Source: Pseudovirgaria hyperparasitica (taxonomy: Eukaryota). Taken from it: a DNA stretch of 64,000 nucleotides. Made by a program: the position numbers and the translations under genes. The notes beneath the pieces are model-generated. The model did no database searches. It was not told the origin of the DNA and was given only the letters and a program-made list of their open reading frames with translations. The stretch lies in the NCBI GenBank assembly GCA_010093815.1, contig ML996574.1; one strand, given 5' to 3'. Below are positions 25,090-36,386 of this stretch, piece after piece (the stretch's first letter is position 1; each line of letters begins with the position of its first letter).

Positions 25090-28000
25090 TACGACAGAAA
25101 TCACCTTTCCCAACGGTGAGGCACCGGCACTGTTACTTGATCGCTACGGTCGAATAAAGCGTCACGATAAGCACGTGGGTGCATAGAAGAGCCGGTCGCG
25201 TATAAAAGAGAGAGGGAAACAGAGTCAAGGACTGCGCAGAAATCTGTAATGACACAAGTGTTCCGCTCTGGAAGTGCGTGGCTTGGAGAAGAGTGATTGA
25301 TATTTGAATAGAAGGAACTCACTCTGGAGAGAAGGGAGACTAATCAAGATGTTTAGTACTGTAGAGATTGCATGCACAACCGTTCGGACTTGATTCAGTG
25401 GCGCTGGCATCTTGTTTGCCTGACGAGCAGTAGTTACACTGGCTGGCCAGCCATTACATGGACTGTGGACTATGAACATCAAGCAGTGGTGCGCTGGCAA
25501 TTGCATCTGCACGGATACTGAACCTCACGCGCCAGTTACACTCACTTCAGCGAAGCATCCTTGCTTGAACGAGAGCTCGGGAGATCTAGGAGATTCATGA
25601 GATGTCCGGTAAGCTCAAGCATCATTGCTTGACCGGAAGGTTAGCGCCGTTGATTCTTGCTGCAGCGGTAGTTGATCATCAAGCTGCAGACCCCCTGGTC
25701 ACAGATTGTGTTCCAAGGTTGCGGAAAGGACTGCTGTCATTGCACGTTCTCCACCACCAAGCTTCACTTGTGAATAGGGGAAAAAAGGCGCATACGAGGG
25801 GCAATAAACAGCTATAGCAGGCTCTCCGCCCCCCTGGTACCCTCCCCCTTGCCAGAGACCGCCCATCCGACCCTGTCAGTTCTGCAAGCCACAAGCTGCC
25901 TACAGGATCATTATAGGATTGGAGAAACTGGGTGTTGCAGTGGGAATACTAATACTGAACCCAAAGCTGTTCACGCTAATGTCGGTCAGCCCCACCCAAC
26001 ATATGTATACCGCATCATTCGGACGGATTGGGCAAGCGGTACCAGAAAGTAGTCGGCTGGGAGAATTCATTGTCCCAGGATGAGCACAGATCAGGTTGCA
26101 ATCGTGCAACAGCGTCACGCATCATGGCTGATGAACTATCAGACCATACCCTAGACAATGCGACAAGGGAGCCGCTCCTTCGAATGTGCTGATCGACCAC
26201 CCAACCATCAGGGCCCACTCGAGCACGACACGTTGACATTATGGCTATACTATCAGACTCAAGATGTCTTGAGCTAGGGCTTGGGGCACAAGCAGCACCG
26301 CAACAAGGCAGCTGAAAGCTAGCGTTTGCTTATAGCTCTTTGCGCATAAGATATAGCGGTTGTCGCGATTGGCGGTAGCACTGAAGATTTTGGATCGGCA
26401 ATCTTGAAGAACAAGCCAGTGTATCAGCTATAATGTGAAGAGACGAAGCTGGTCGTAATGTCTTGAAGATGTTATGCGGACGTAGATGAAAAAGAGACAT
26501 CCAAGCTTCAAGAAGCATCGCTGGGTCACAGAGCACAGCCCTCCCCCATCTACACCTCTTCGCCTACTAGTTATTTGACGAGAAGTACATGGCTTACGCA
26601 CAGGAGTAGAGCGATTCCGGGAGCAATATGCGGCTCCCATTCGGCAGAAGATCACCATGATACTGGGACTGGCGCAGCCGTCAAGATGCAGCAACGCTGG
26701 GAGCAGTCGCATCAACCCTGCTTTGCCTCCCCCATGAGGTACTGCTGTTACAAATGCAGTCATCACCCCAGCACGGCCGCGTGCCCGACAGGGTTCTTCA
26801 TCGTAGAGGAAGCCCAAGCCTGCATCTCATCAGTGCCATCCATACTGGCCAGCGACGTCCGAGTCCTGACTCGGCATCAGCTTTGGCATGTAGCGAGTTT
26901 CGGTGCGCAGCAAGGGAATCTTAAGCAGACTGCATTGACACCAAAGTCGTCACCGAAGATCATTTGCTGACGTGGTTAGAGCCTCGACCTTGAGTGCGAT
27001 GTCCCAGCACGGGGAAGCGGGTATCGAGAGTACAACGTTCGGCCTTGCGGTAACGTGAACTATTTTCTTCGTCATTAGACAAGGCCCACGCGGGTGTGGG
27101 AGCGTCATTGGGGAAGTGGAACCATGCCTTTTACCCCGTACATGAGGCGTGCGCTGCGTGGGATACCGTGGTGACGGTGGCAGCTCCGAGTCTGGTGCAG
27201 AGAATCTTAAGTTGCAGGGGCATTTCCCAGCATCCAGATTACCAGACACACGACGACTACGCATCCTGCGCCTCGCTTGGGTCTACATGGATGGGCGGAT
27301 ATCAGGGCACGTGCTGGGTGCAGTATGCACCCAACACTTCAACAGTCTGGCCTGTTCCTAGTCCTCGGCTGCCTCTCTACAGCATATTTGACCTCACAGG
27401 GAAGCGCAATACTTTTCCGCTCAGACTGCACGGCGCTCCCAACACAAATTCACGTGCACCTTAGCATGCAGAGCTGACCAACATGGCTGCTGTTAGAAGC
27501 ACGGAGAAGAACAGGGGTTCTGGAAGAGGGGGAGGGGGGTCGGTATGCTCGTCCTCTGCTCCACTCATGCTTCGCTGAATGTTACAAGGGAGTACAGAGT
27601 TCTTCCTCCTTCGGCCGGGGTAAAGCACTTCTTGGCAACAATGTGTTGCCAAGAGCAGGCTGAGCATGCCCCATGGAAGTTTCAGCCCGTTTGAAGTCCA
27701 TCCATTGATAGCTCATAGCATACTGTCTCCATCTATTGAATCGTCTGTGACGTGGCAGGACAGCATCGTTTCGGATGTGCGTAGTTCTAAAGACCGGTGA
27801 GAGGAGTGAAAGGCGAAAAGGGGATGAAAAGGGAAATGGGTAGGGTGAAAACGGACTGTGAATCTGTGGTTCGCCTTCAGACTTTTGTGGTTCGCCTTCA
27901 CCTCTTTCTTGTTTGCTTCCATCTCTTTCTTGTATGCCTCGGCGCCTGACTCCGCAGGCGTAGACAAGTCTTGCCTCAGGCATAAAGTGGGGCTCAGCCA

Positions 28001-29392
28001 GAACAAAAAAAGGCGGAGAGAACGTGCGGGTTGGGTGGAGCCGGAGGGCGCGAGCTTGTGCTTCTACAATGGCGATGTATATACTTTAAGGTAAATTGCG
28101 AATGCTTCCTCCGGGCCATCGCATCTTTATATTCTACCGTTACTAGCATGGCATGATACGAAAAAGACTATATGCCTAAGAACACGTGGCTCGTTCCATT
28201 ACGCACTACAACAAGGATATCGTCCAGGTCGACACTCCATCCAACCATATGTCTCTATACCCAGTGCTTGCTCACTATATCTCCTTCTCATCCTCTTTTA
28301 AACGGCCCGTTCACTATAGAATTTCCCTCAATCTCCTCCCCTCAGACTGTCTTCATGCTGTAACCACTCATACGTTTTCCATACACCCACATGTGACACT
28401 AAAAACTCCCTCTACATAGTCTGCAGCGCATGCTCTCTCTCTCGCCAATCGCGCATAGTGTTCGGCAAGGTAGAGATATTAAAAGGGACATACTTGGAGC
28501 AAATCACTACATGGGCTGATGGATATTATGGGATCAGGCATTATGTCAGGGTAAAAGTAGGGCATGATGTGATGGACAGTCGGGATGCAGAGTGTGTGTA
28601 CTAGGTAGAATCAGCAGATGACTAGATGGATAGTCAGAGAAGATATCAGCCGAGTGGATAAGAGTAGTACACAATGAGACCGATGCCGGGCCTTACAGTG
28701 CTTCGGCCATGGAGAATTGGTTTATACTTAGAAGTCCAGCTGGAAGTGACTTCTTGTATGTACGTAGGATCGACATCTCATGGAATTGAAACTCAAATAT
28801 TACCTCCTCTGACACAGAGAAAGAGATTAAATCCTGATCGCTAGCTTGGAACAAAGGTCTATGTGTCAGCTAAATTGGTAATTACCAAGATGGACATATG
28901 AAAATTGGCTACTTCATAACTCGAGAGAATTGATAAATAGCGAGATGGCTGGCTGACTATGATGTATTTCCAACACCTAGAATTATGAGGCAGTCATCTG
29001 GATAGACGGGAATGATGTTCATTGAAGGAAGGGAATCATTACTCAACAGCATAGGCAGTGGAGTACGGTATAAAGTCACAAGCAGCATTAGCAAACAACG
29101 AAATTGTGAACGAAAAATGATGTTTATTCGGCGCAAAAAAACTGGTATACAACAAGGAGGCAGCACACGGCCGCCGGTACCAACCAAAATCCCCCCTCCT
29201 CCCCATCTCCTCCCAACGCCAGCCTGATCCACCATCCTGGGCCTGATCGCCTGCACAACACACATGTCAATGGAGGTTCTGGTACGACAGGGCGCCGATG
29301 TGTTGGCAAGGCGACCAGGCCCGCAAGAAGCTCACTCATGGAGTCCTCGACCTCCCTCCCACGCCGCCCACCTTCTCCGCTGCCACCACCGC

Positions 29393-30544
29393 CTAGTACG
29401 TGTCGAAGGAGCCCCAGTCCTTCAACATGTCGGCAGGGAAAGACGGGGTGGCAGGCTCGTCGCCGGACGTGACCAGGATCTGCTGCGTAATGCGGCACCA
29501 TCGGACGGTCACGCGACCCGACGCTGAGCCACGGAGACGCGAGAGGATGTGGTGCAGGATCCCAGCGAGTTGCTGGAGCACCTCCTGGTTGTCATCTTCG
29601 AAGTCCTTGAGCAACTCCGAGATATCCTGCACGCACGGCCTCTCGTAGACGGGCGACGCTCTGTCACGCCGGGCACGCACCAGCTTGTACGTCTGCGAGA
29701 TCCACATCTGTGGCCCGATGGCGTTGAAGTCCACGGGTTCGTGGTCGTCGCGGGTCTTGATCTCGACTGCGGTTTCAAGCTGGTGGCCCCAGCCAACATG
29801 GCGGACAGTGAGGGAGGTCGTTGGGTTAGTGAAGCACTCCTCGTCAGGTGGCGGGTTCCTGTCTACTACCTGTTTGTTAACGAACGCTTCCAGCACGCCA
29901 GCGGAGTCAACGTAGGCATCTATCTCCGAGCGAACGATCATGCTGATGCCGGCGAATTGGTAGCCGACGATCCTCTGGTGGCCTTTGTCATTGTCGATCA
30001 TTGGAAAGGTGATGGGCTTGTCGAACGGCTTGCCAAAGCCATTGTTCTTGTCGAGCTCGGGGCCATGACGTTCGTAGGGATCGACCCGATGTAAAATTGC
30101 CGTCTTACCAACAAGCTCGCCTTGTATCATGAAGCCTAGCTCTTTACCCCTGATCAAGAGGAACAGCCTTTTGATGTTGACGCGGTCAGTGACGAGGTCG
30201 ACAGTGTTGATATCGAGACATGGTGAGCAGATCTTGAGAGCTCGGAAGAGTGGCTCGGCCGGGCACTTGGGATAGGGGGGTACCACGTCTGGTCCATACG
30301 AATGAAAGTTGATGTTATGTAGTGCAGGACGCTTTGCATCTGACTCAAGCCAAAGAGGGGCACATCTAAATAGCGTCAGTATCAACGTTGAGTTTGTTTG
30401 GACAGAGGCCTACCCGGGCACGGCGACACACGGTAATGGGGCTTCAAGCCAATTGTAAGATGCAAGTAGCTTGACATTGGTGATCTCGGCTCTCTCTGAA
30501 TGAGCTTGCTCAAGGAACTCGCTTCTCTTGATTGAGGTACGCAT
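29393..30544 (-). CDS. Fungal DXO/Rai1-like PD-(D/E)XK-fold protein (family often labelled 'geranylgeranyl pyrophosphate synthetase')
   Basis: Exon1 30544-30414 (ITNVKLLASYNW..AVPG), intron 30413-30366, exon2 30365-29393 with EPLFRAL, DLVTDRVNIKRL, GFGKPF, GHQRIVGYQFAG..IVRSEIDAY, VEIKT, PQMWISQT. Confidence 0.75.
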
Positions 30545-30731
30545 GCTGAATGATCTGTATTGTTGCGTACGTCGAAGGATCTGTGTGACAGATGATGAAA
30601 TGAGAATTGAAAGGAATAAATCTGTAGCTGGCGGAATCCTGTAGACGAAGATCGTTGATGGTATTGCTGAGAGGAAGAAACTGAGGACAAGTGTGACGAC
30701 GCCCTTGATGTGGAAGACTCTGTAGTCGAGG

Positions 30732-31046
30732 GAGCTCCTCTGTTGGATTACTCGAAGATGTGAATGATGAGAGGAAGAGCTGGAAATGGTTGTTTGTGTG
30801 AGGAAAATTTGAGTATAGGTGTTTGTGTGAGAAAATTCCTGCGATCAATGAAATTCTTCGATAGGATTACCCAAAGATGTCGAAATACGTGTAGAAGACA
30901 GCTCCTTTGATGGGATTCCGAAGATGTGATTGACGAGAGAAAGAGATGAAAATGGAGATTTGTGTGAGAAAAAGATGAGAATGGGTGTTCGTGTAAGGAA
31001 ACCTCTGCAATCAATGGAGTTCCTCTATGGGATTTCTCGAAGATGT
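30732..31046. repeat. Degenerate direct repeat, ~167-bp period, with an internal sub-repeat
   Basis: 30732-30880 aligns by eye with 30899-31046; the motif g(c/t)tcct..tggatt..cgaagatgt recurs about four times. Confidence 0.7.
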
Positions 31047-32894
31047 GGTTGCTGAGACAAGGAAGCAGGAAGGAAGTAGTAGTGTGAATATGTGTGCAAT
31101 CAACCGAGTTTTTCAATTGAGAGAGCTCGAAAAAGTTATTGTTGCCGAGGAAAAGGAAGACAAGAATCGCGGGGGATATTGTTCTTAAATAGAAAATCTG
31201 CATTTCCCGCTAGTCCGTATTCTCCAATAAGTGAATCGATACAGCTGGGAAATTGGCCCCACTATCATGAAGAGCCTGCTCGCAATCACTTGGAAAACTC
31301 TGTTCTGATAGATATACTAGTCCGTAAGTGGTGGAAGTGATATTGGCATACGCCGTTGAAGGACTTCTATATCCGCTATCGAGACGCGTAGAATCGACAT
31401 CGAAGATGATTAGAACAGCCATAACCAGATTTTTCGGCCTTCAAAGCCAGAGCTGGCGGTGAAGACCCAGATACTGACTATCGGGCAGCTGGGAGTCGCG
31501 GTTCATATGGCCAATGACGTCTTCAGAGATTGGACATGAGCTCATCGGTGAGTCAAAACAATCTGAAACACCAGCCTAGTCCAAGAAGGAACCGAGCTAG
31601 CGGGTCCTCATTATCACAGCTCTCACTCCGATGTCGCTTTCAGGTAGCTCTGGCGGTCTGGAAAGGATCTGACTTGATATCAGCTGTAAAAGGGGTCTGA
31701 CCACTGAGCAGAAGCCCAGTGGTACAGTACTGGTACAGTACTGAGACATTACCTTGGTGATACTTTCGCTAGTAGAAGTTGCTCGTGGTTTCTTTGATTG
31801 ACCTCCTGGTGTTGTACCGTGTATATAATGCTGGTTCGTCAAAGGTTCTTGACCGCTTCACGAATGGCTCAACTGGAGCGGAAGATAAAAGTCAGTGACA
31901 TCAAAATCACTATTCGGGCTTCCGAGGCTGCCTCATAGCATGATATCGTCATGAGCAGCTCTTCGGGTGTCCTCCTTGTGGTTATCTGTATGATCAATGA
32001 GCTTCTTTCTAGTGCACAGTGTGTGATTTAGTGGCTGTAACTCGTTAGCCACCTCAAGACTTGGCCACTAGACAGTTCCCATACATGGTTATTGCAATGC
32101 CTAAGTCTGCTTCTTTTAAGTCATCTTGTCCATGTGACGTTTTGTATTGATTGAGCAGTCAGCATGCGTCTCCCTGATTCACTTCGATGAACCTGCGCAG
32201 AATATTTGAGAGCGAACACTCACAGTATGAGACAACACGGGAAGATATACACCAAGGACAGTTATCTGGAAGCTATGAGCCTACTATAACTTGTAACATT
32301 CTACGGGCATCATTAACTGCTTCCTTGAAGGTCCAATGCTTTGCATGTCTTTACCTAAAGGTATTCTAGTTATTGGTTCTGTTCTCATGGAATTAACCTG
32401 TTCTCTATCACTGACTCGAACGTGCTCAAGTCTCCAGCTATACCTATGTCTTTTTAGCTATATCGTTGAGGAGGCTAGCCACATAACAACGCTTGCAGTT
32501 TGGCATTCTGGCCGGGTGGATTGAGGCAGGTCCGGGTACGAACAAGTAGTAGTAGTTGTAGAGCATGTCTTGAGGCAGAAGAGGCCACGTTCCTTTTGTC
32601 AGTCGCTTGACCTGAATGATAAAGTTAATAACACCTTGGAGTTGTGAGTCAAGGCCATGCTAGTGGTTGTTGTGTCGACAAGACCGTGGTGTAACGGTGG
32701 TGGTTGATGATATAGGGTCAGTACGCGTGACATGATAGGGAGGGTGAATCAAGAGCATGGCTGCATTCCTCTATACATACTCTATATGTCGCGTAATGCT
32801 CGTCACACGTTGACTTTTCGGGACTGTCAGCTTCGGAATTTGGAAGCGGACGCATCTGCCTGTCTAGGTACGTGAATAGCGACCATGACAAGAT

Positions 32895-35205
32895 TCATCT
32901 CGATTCGCAATAGGTAGGTGCCTTAGCTTCGCCGCTATTTACCCATCCTGCAACGGTCAGGGCTGTCGTGTAAGCCATGACAAGGAAGCCAAATATGACA
33001 ATCAGTACGTCTGAAACACGTCGCCATGGAGCTTGTGCAATGGCCTTAAGATGGAGGAGAGGCTGGAAGCTATGTCAGATAGATCAACGAAGAGGCAGAG
33101 GGTGCACTTACAGGGTATATGTACACAAGCGGTATACATGCAAAGCTTCCTACCAATGCAACAAACTTATCCAAATCACCTGCGCCAGCCCATGCGAGCG
33201 TAGCGCAGACCATCACCATAAAGAAGCGGAAAATGTTCTTCTTCCATTTAACATATGGATTGTATTTCCCAGTACGGCTGAACAGCTGCTGAGAGGTAAT
33301 CTCGATGGCTGGGTAGATCTGGAGTGGGGTGGAAAGCAGAATGGCGAGGGAGTAGATGAACTGCACACCATTGACCATCTTGTTGTCCTGTGGCATATTC
33401 AGGATAATGACAGTCTCGGTCTTTGATCCGTATGCAGCGTAAGACAATGCACCCATGCTGAGGAATATTACAGTTATGATAATCATTACTATGCCAAGGA
33501 CTTTCGGAAATTTTGACGGATGCTTCATGCCGGTCTGAATTGGGATTACGAGGCCAATGCCCTCAAAGGTGAAGATTGCGGTGCCAATGAACAGCGTCCA
33601 GTTTTTTGAGTTGAAGTTCCGGATGTCGGCAATGCCTCCCTGGCCGACTATTGTGAGGATGTCGTAGTAGTAGAGATAGATCAGTCCGAGTACTATGAAA
33701 ATGTCTGCAATCAGAGCCAACTTCTGAATGTTGTTGATGTTGCGATAGAGGGAGAGCGGTAGGAATATGATCATCTGCATGAGTATCATATACTTGATGT
33801 CAATGTTAGTCTTGCAGTCGGAGACAGCCAATACAAAGGCTTGAAGATTCTCAGCAACAAAGACGGTGTATGCTGATGAAAAGCCAATCTGACTAAGGAC
33901 AAGGGAGAAATTTATAAGGTTTTTCATCCATTTGCCGTATAGATGTAAACCCATATCTCCAAATGAGTGTTCGACTTTTAACCGAGTCGTCACGAGAAGG
34001 ATGAAGCAATAATAGCTGAGTAAAGCGGTGGCAAGCAACACCACATTACTGAAGGCCATACCTCCGTTCAGGTAAGCTCGTGGCAAGAACAGTACTCCAG
34101 TACCCACGAATGACTTGAGGAGAAGCATGGCAGCACCGGTGGGCGAACCCTTGCCGGCGATCTTGGTCTTCCTCTTTCTGCGTTTGCCCCCGGGGGTCAA
34201 GAGGGCGCTTCGCTCCCCATATTCGTGATCATCATCATCACTCTCAGGTTGGTCCGATGTATACGAAGAGAAATACTCATCGGGGCCGAGCGCTTCATCG
34301 TCTTCCTCCAACTCTTCACCGGCAAAGTGTCCATACAGGCTAAGGAACTCCAAGAAGTTACTGGTAAAAGGCTGAGGTAGAGGCTGGCTTTGAACACCAG
34401 CGTGGTGGGTCGAGGGCCCTGGAGACGGACTCGCTGCGGCTCTACGAAGGTAGTTTCGCCGAAAACCTCCAGGCTGTTTTATTGTTTCAATATTTAGATG
34501 CGTATCGTCCGGCTTTGGGCGCTCCGAGTGAAAACTCTTGCTTCGTTTATACTGACCTCTGGCTTCCGCCTCTTGCTGTTCAGTCCATCTGTAGATCTGA
34601 CGTGTTATGTCTCCTCCTTGTAGCTGCAAGCTTGAAAATTCCTCTTCATTCTCAAATGTGGCCTTGGTTTTGCCATTGCCGGCATCGCTGCCACGGCCTC
34701 TGCGTGGAGATCCGTATACTTCTAATACTGATGTGTTGGATGGTGAGTTGTTCGAGGGTCCAACAAGATGCCGTCGTATGATCTCAGGGTCCTGATAGGG
34801 TGCTGGGCTGCTGGTGCGGCGGTGGTCAAAAGATCCGTAGTTGCTAGACGGACCCCGCCCAGGTAGCTCAGCATCTCTGACGGGCGAGAAAGGTCGTAGG
34901 GGAGGTGTGGCCATCTGAGGAGGAGTTCCCCCTCCACCAAACGAATCTTTCAGAGCATTCGCTAGAGCAGATTCGCTGGGGCCTGAGACGGAAGACTTGG
35001 AAATGTCGAGCTCCGGAAGCGGTGTCTGCGTCTCTGAGGACGCAGCAGATGCAACATGACTTGGTAATGGTATCTGCGGTATCTGCGGAGTGCCAATATG
35101 GCTTTGCGAAAGCGATGTTCGCAGAAATGAGCCAGCTGGAGAAGCTCTGCCGCTGATTGCTGGTGAGCTTCTCGAGGCCGGGACCTCTTTAGGTTGGGAC
35201 GACAT
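32895..35205 (-). CDS. Vacuolar amino-acid transporter (Avt3/Avt4, Aa_trans family)
   Basis: LQGGDITRQIYRW, PGGFRR, FLEFLSLYGHFAGE, LLLKSFVGTGVLFLP, FIGTAIFTFEGIG, LSTPLQIYPAI; intron 33111-33063 and last exon ending ..YCESR*. Confidence 0.93.
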
Positions 35206-36386
35206 GGGCGTGAGCGAAGGAAAGGGTGACGACTATCGTGACGACAGCATATGGTATAATGACATCCAAAAGAACCGAGTCTGAACAAGATGGACAATGG
35301 GGACAATGTTGAATGAGGTTGTTAGCTGTTGAAAGTGGTCAGGTCACCAGCTTATTAGTAGCTTAGCAGGTCCCTCGGTCTCGTTGTAGCTAGTTCTACT
35401 TGAGAAGGCACAACTTCGGACGCAGATGGATGGAGACGGGATCTCCGACATGACAGGGTTTACGAGGTTATCTATGGATGCTCGAAGGGCATAATACGTC
35501 GCGTCTCTGCATCACTTCTGGTCACGCGGGGACGCCTCGAGATAGATAAGCTGATATGTTGCGGCTCATCTGAGCGGCTGACTTGCGTGCAGCGAGTGCA
35601 CAATTATGCTTTTGTTTGTGCCGCGGTAGAGGGAGTGAACGAACTTGCTGTTCAAGGCTCGAGATATAATTAGTACGCAGCCCATACTGCTACAAGCGTT
35701 CCCAAAGTGGTATTTCAGCTATTTCGATGTAATTTCGACATGATCCCTACTTTTAATGACCCCAACGAAACCAGTTCTTTTGATATAATTGTTTTTGTTC
35801 CCCTTGCTCACGCAGAAATGCACAGGCAGCCCCCAGCAGCCAGCATCCTGAAGATCTGATCCTTCTACTATCTATTAGAGGCTGCTGCACGCCGCTGCAA
35901 GCTGCATCCGTCTTCTGGTCAGTGGTCACGAGCACGAGCACGAGCACAAGCACCCGCCACACAAGCTAAAAGCCACCTTGTTGTTGACATCAGGATTCTG
36001 CCCATAGTTGGTTCTTCCTCATTGGCTACGTCCTGCTATATCCTGGTCTCCAACCATCGCATCGTGTTCCACCAAGGAACCATCTCTTATTCTCTCTTGG
36101 CGTCCCGACTCTGTCGTTTCAGACCATCTCTCTAGGTGCGGCGTGTCTCTTCGACGCAGAAGCTGGAAAGTCTCGGAAGCTCATGACGCCTGGTGTCGCA
36201 CTGTACACTCTATAAGATATTGATCTTCGCCCTCGGCGTCCATGCATTCTCACTTGCTCTGGTCAATTGGTGCTGGTCCGAACACGAGTCCCAATCGAAT
36301 ATCTGGGATTGTTCCTCCCACTACATAACATCATTTGGGATTGTTACCTCTACACGTAGGCAGATCTTCGTTGACGGAAGCAAGAA

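Noticed and set aside
26575..27477. Cys-rich short + strand ORFs
   Set aside because: No coherent zinc-finger spacing, signal peptide or spliced model.
30732..31046. CRISPR-like array or LTR pair
   Set aside because: Eukaryotic context, degenerate copies, no unique equal-length spacers, no TG..CA ends or internal retroelement ORFs.
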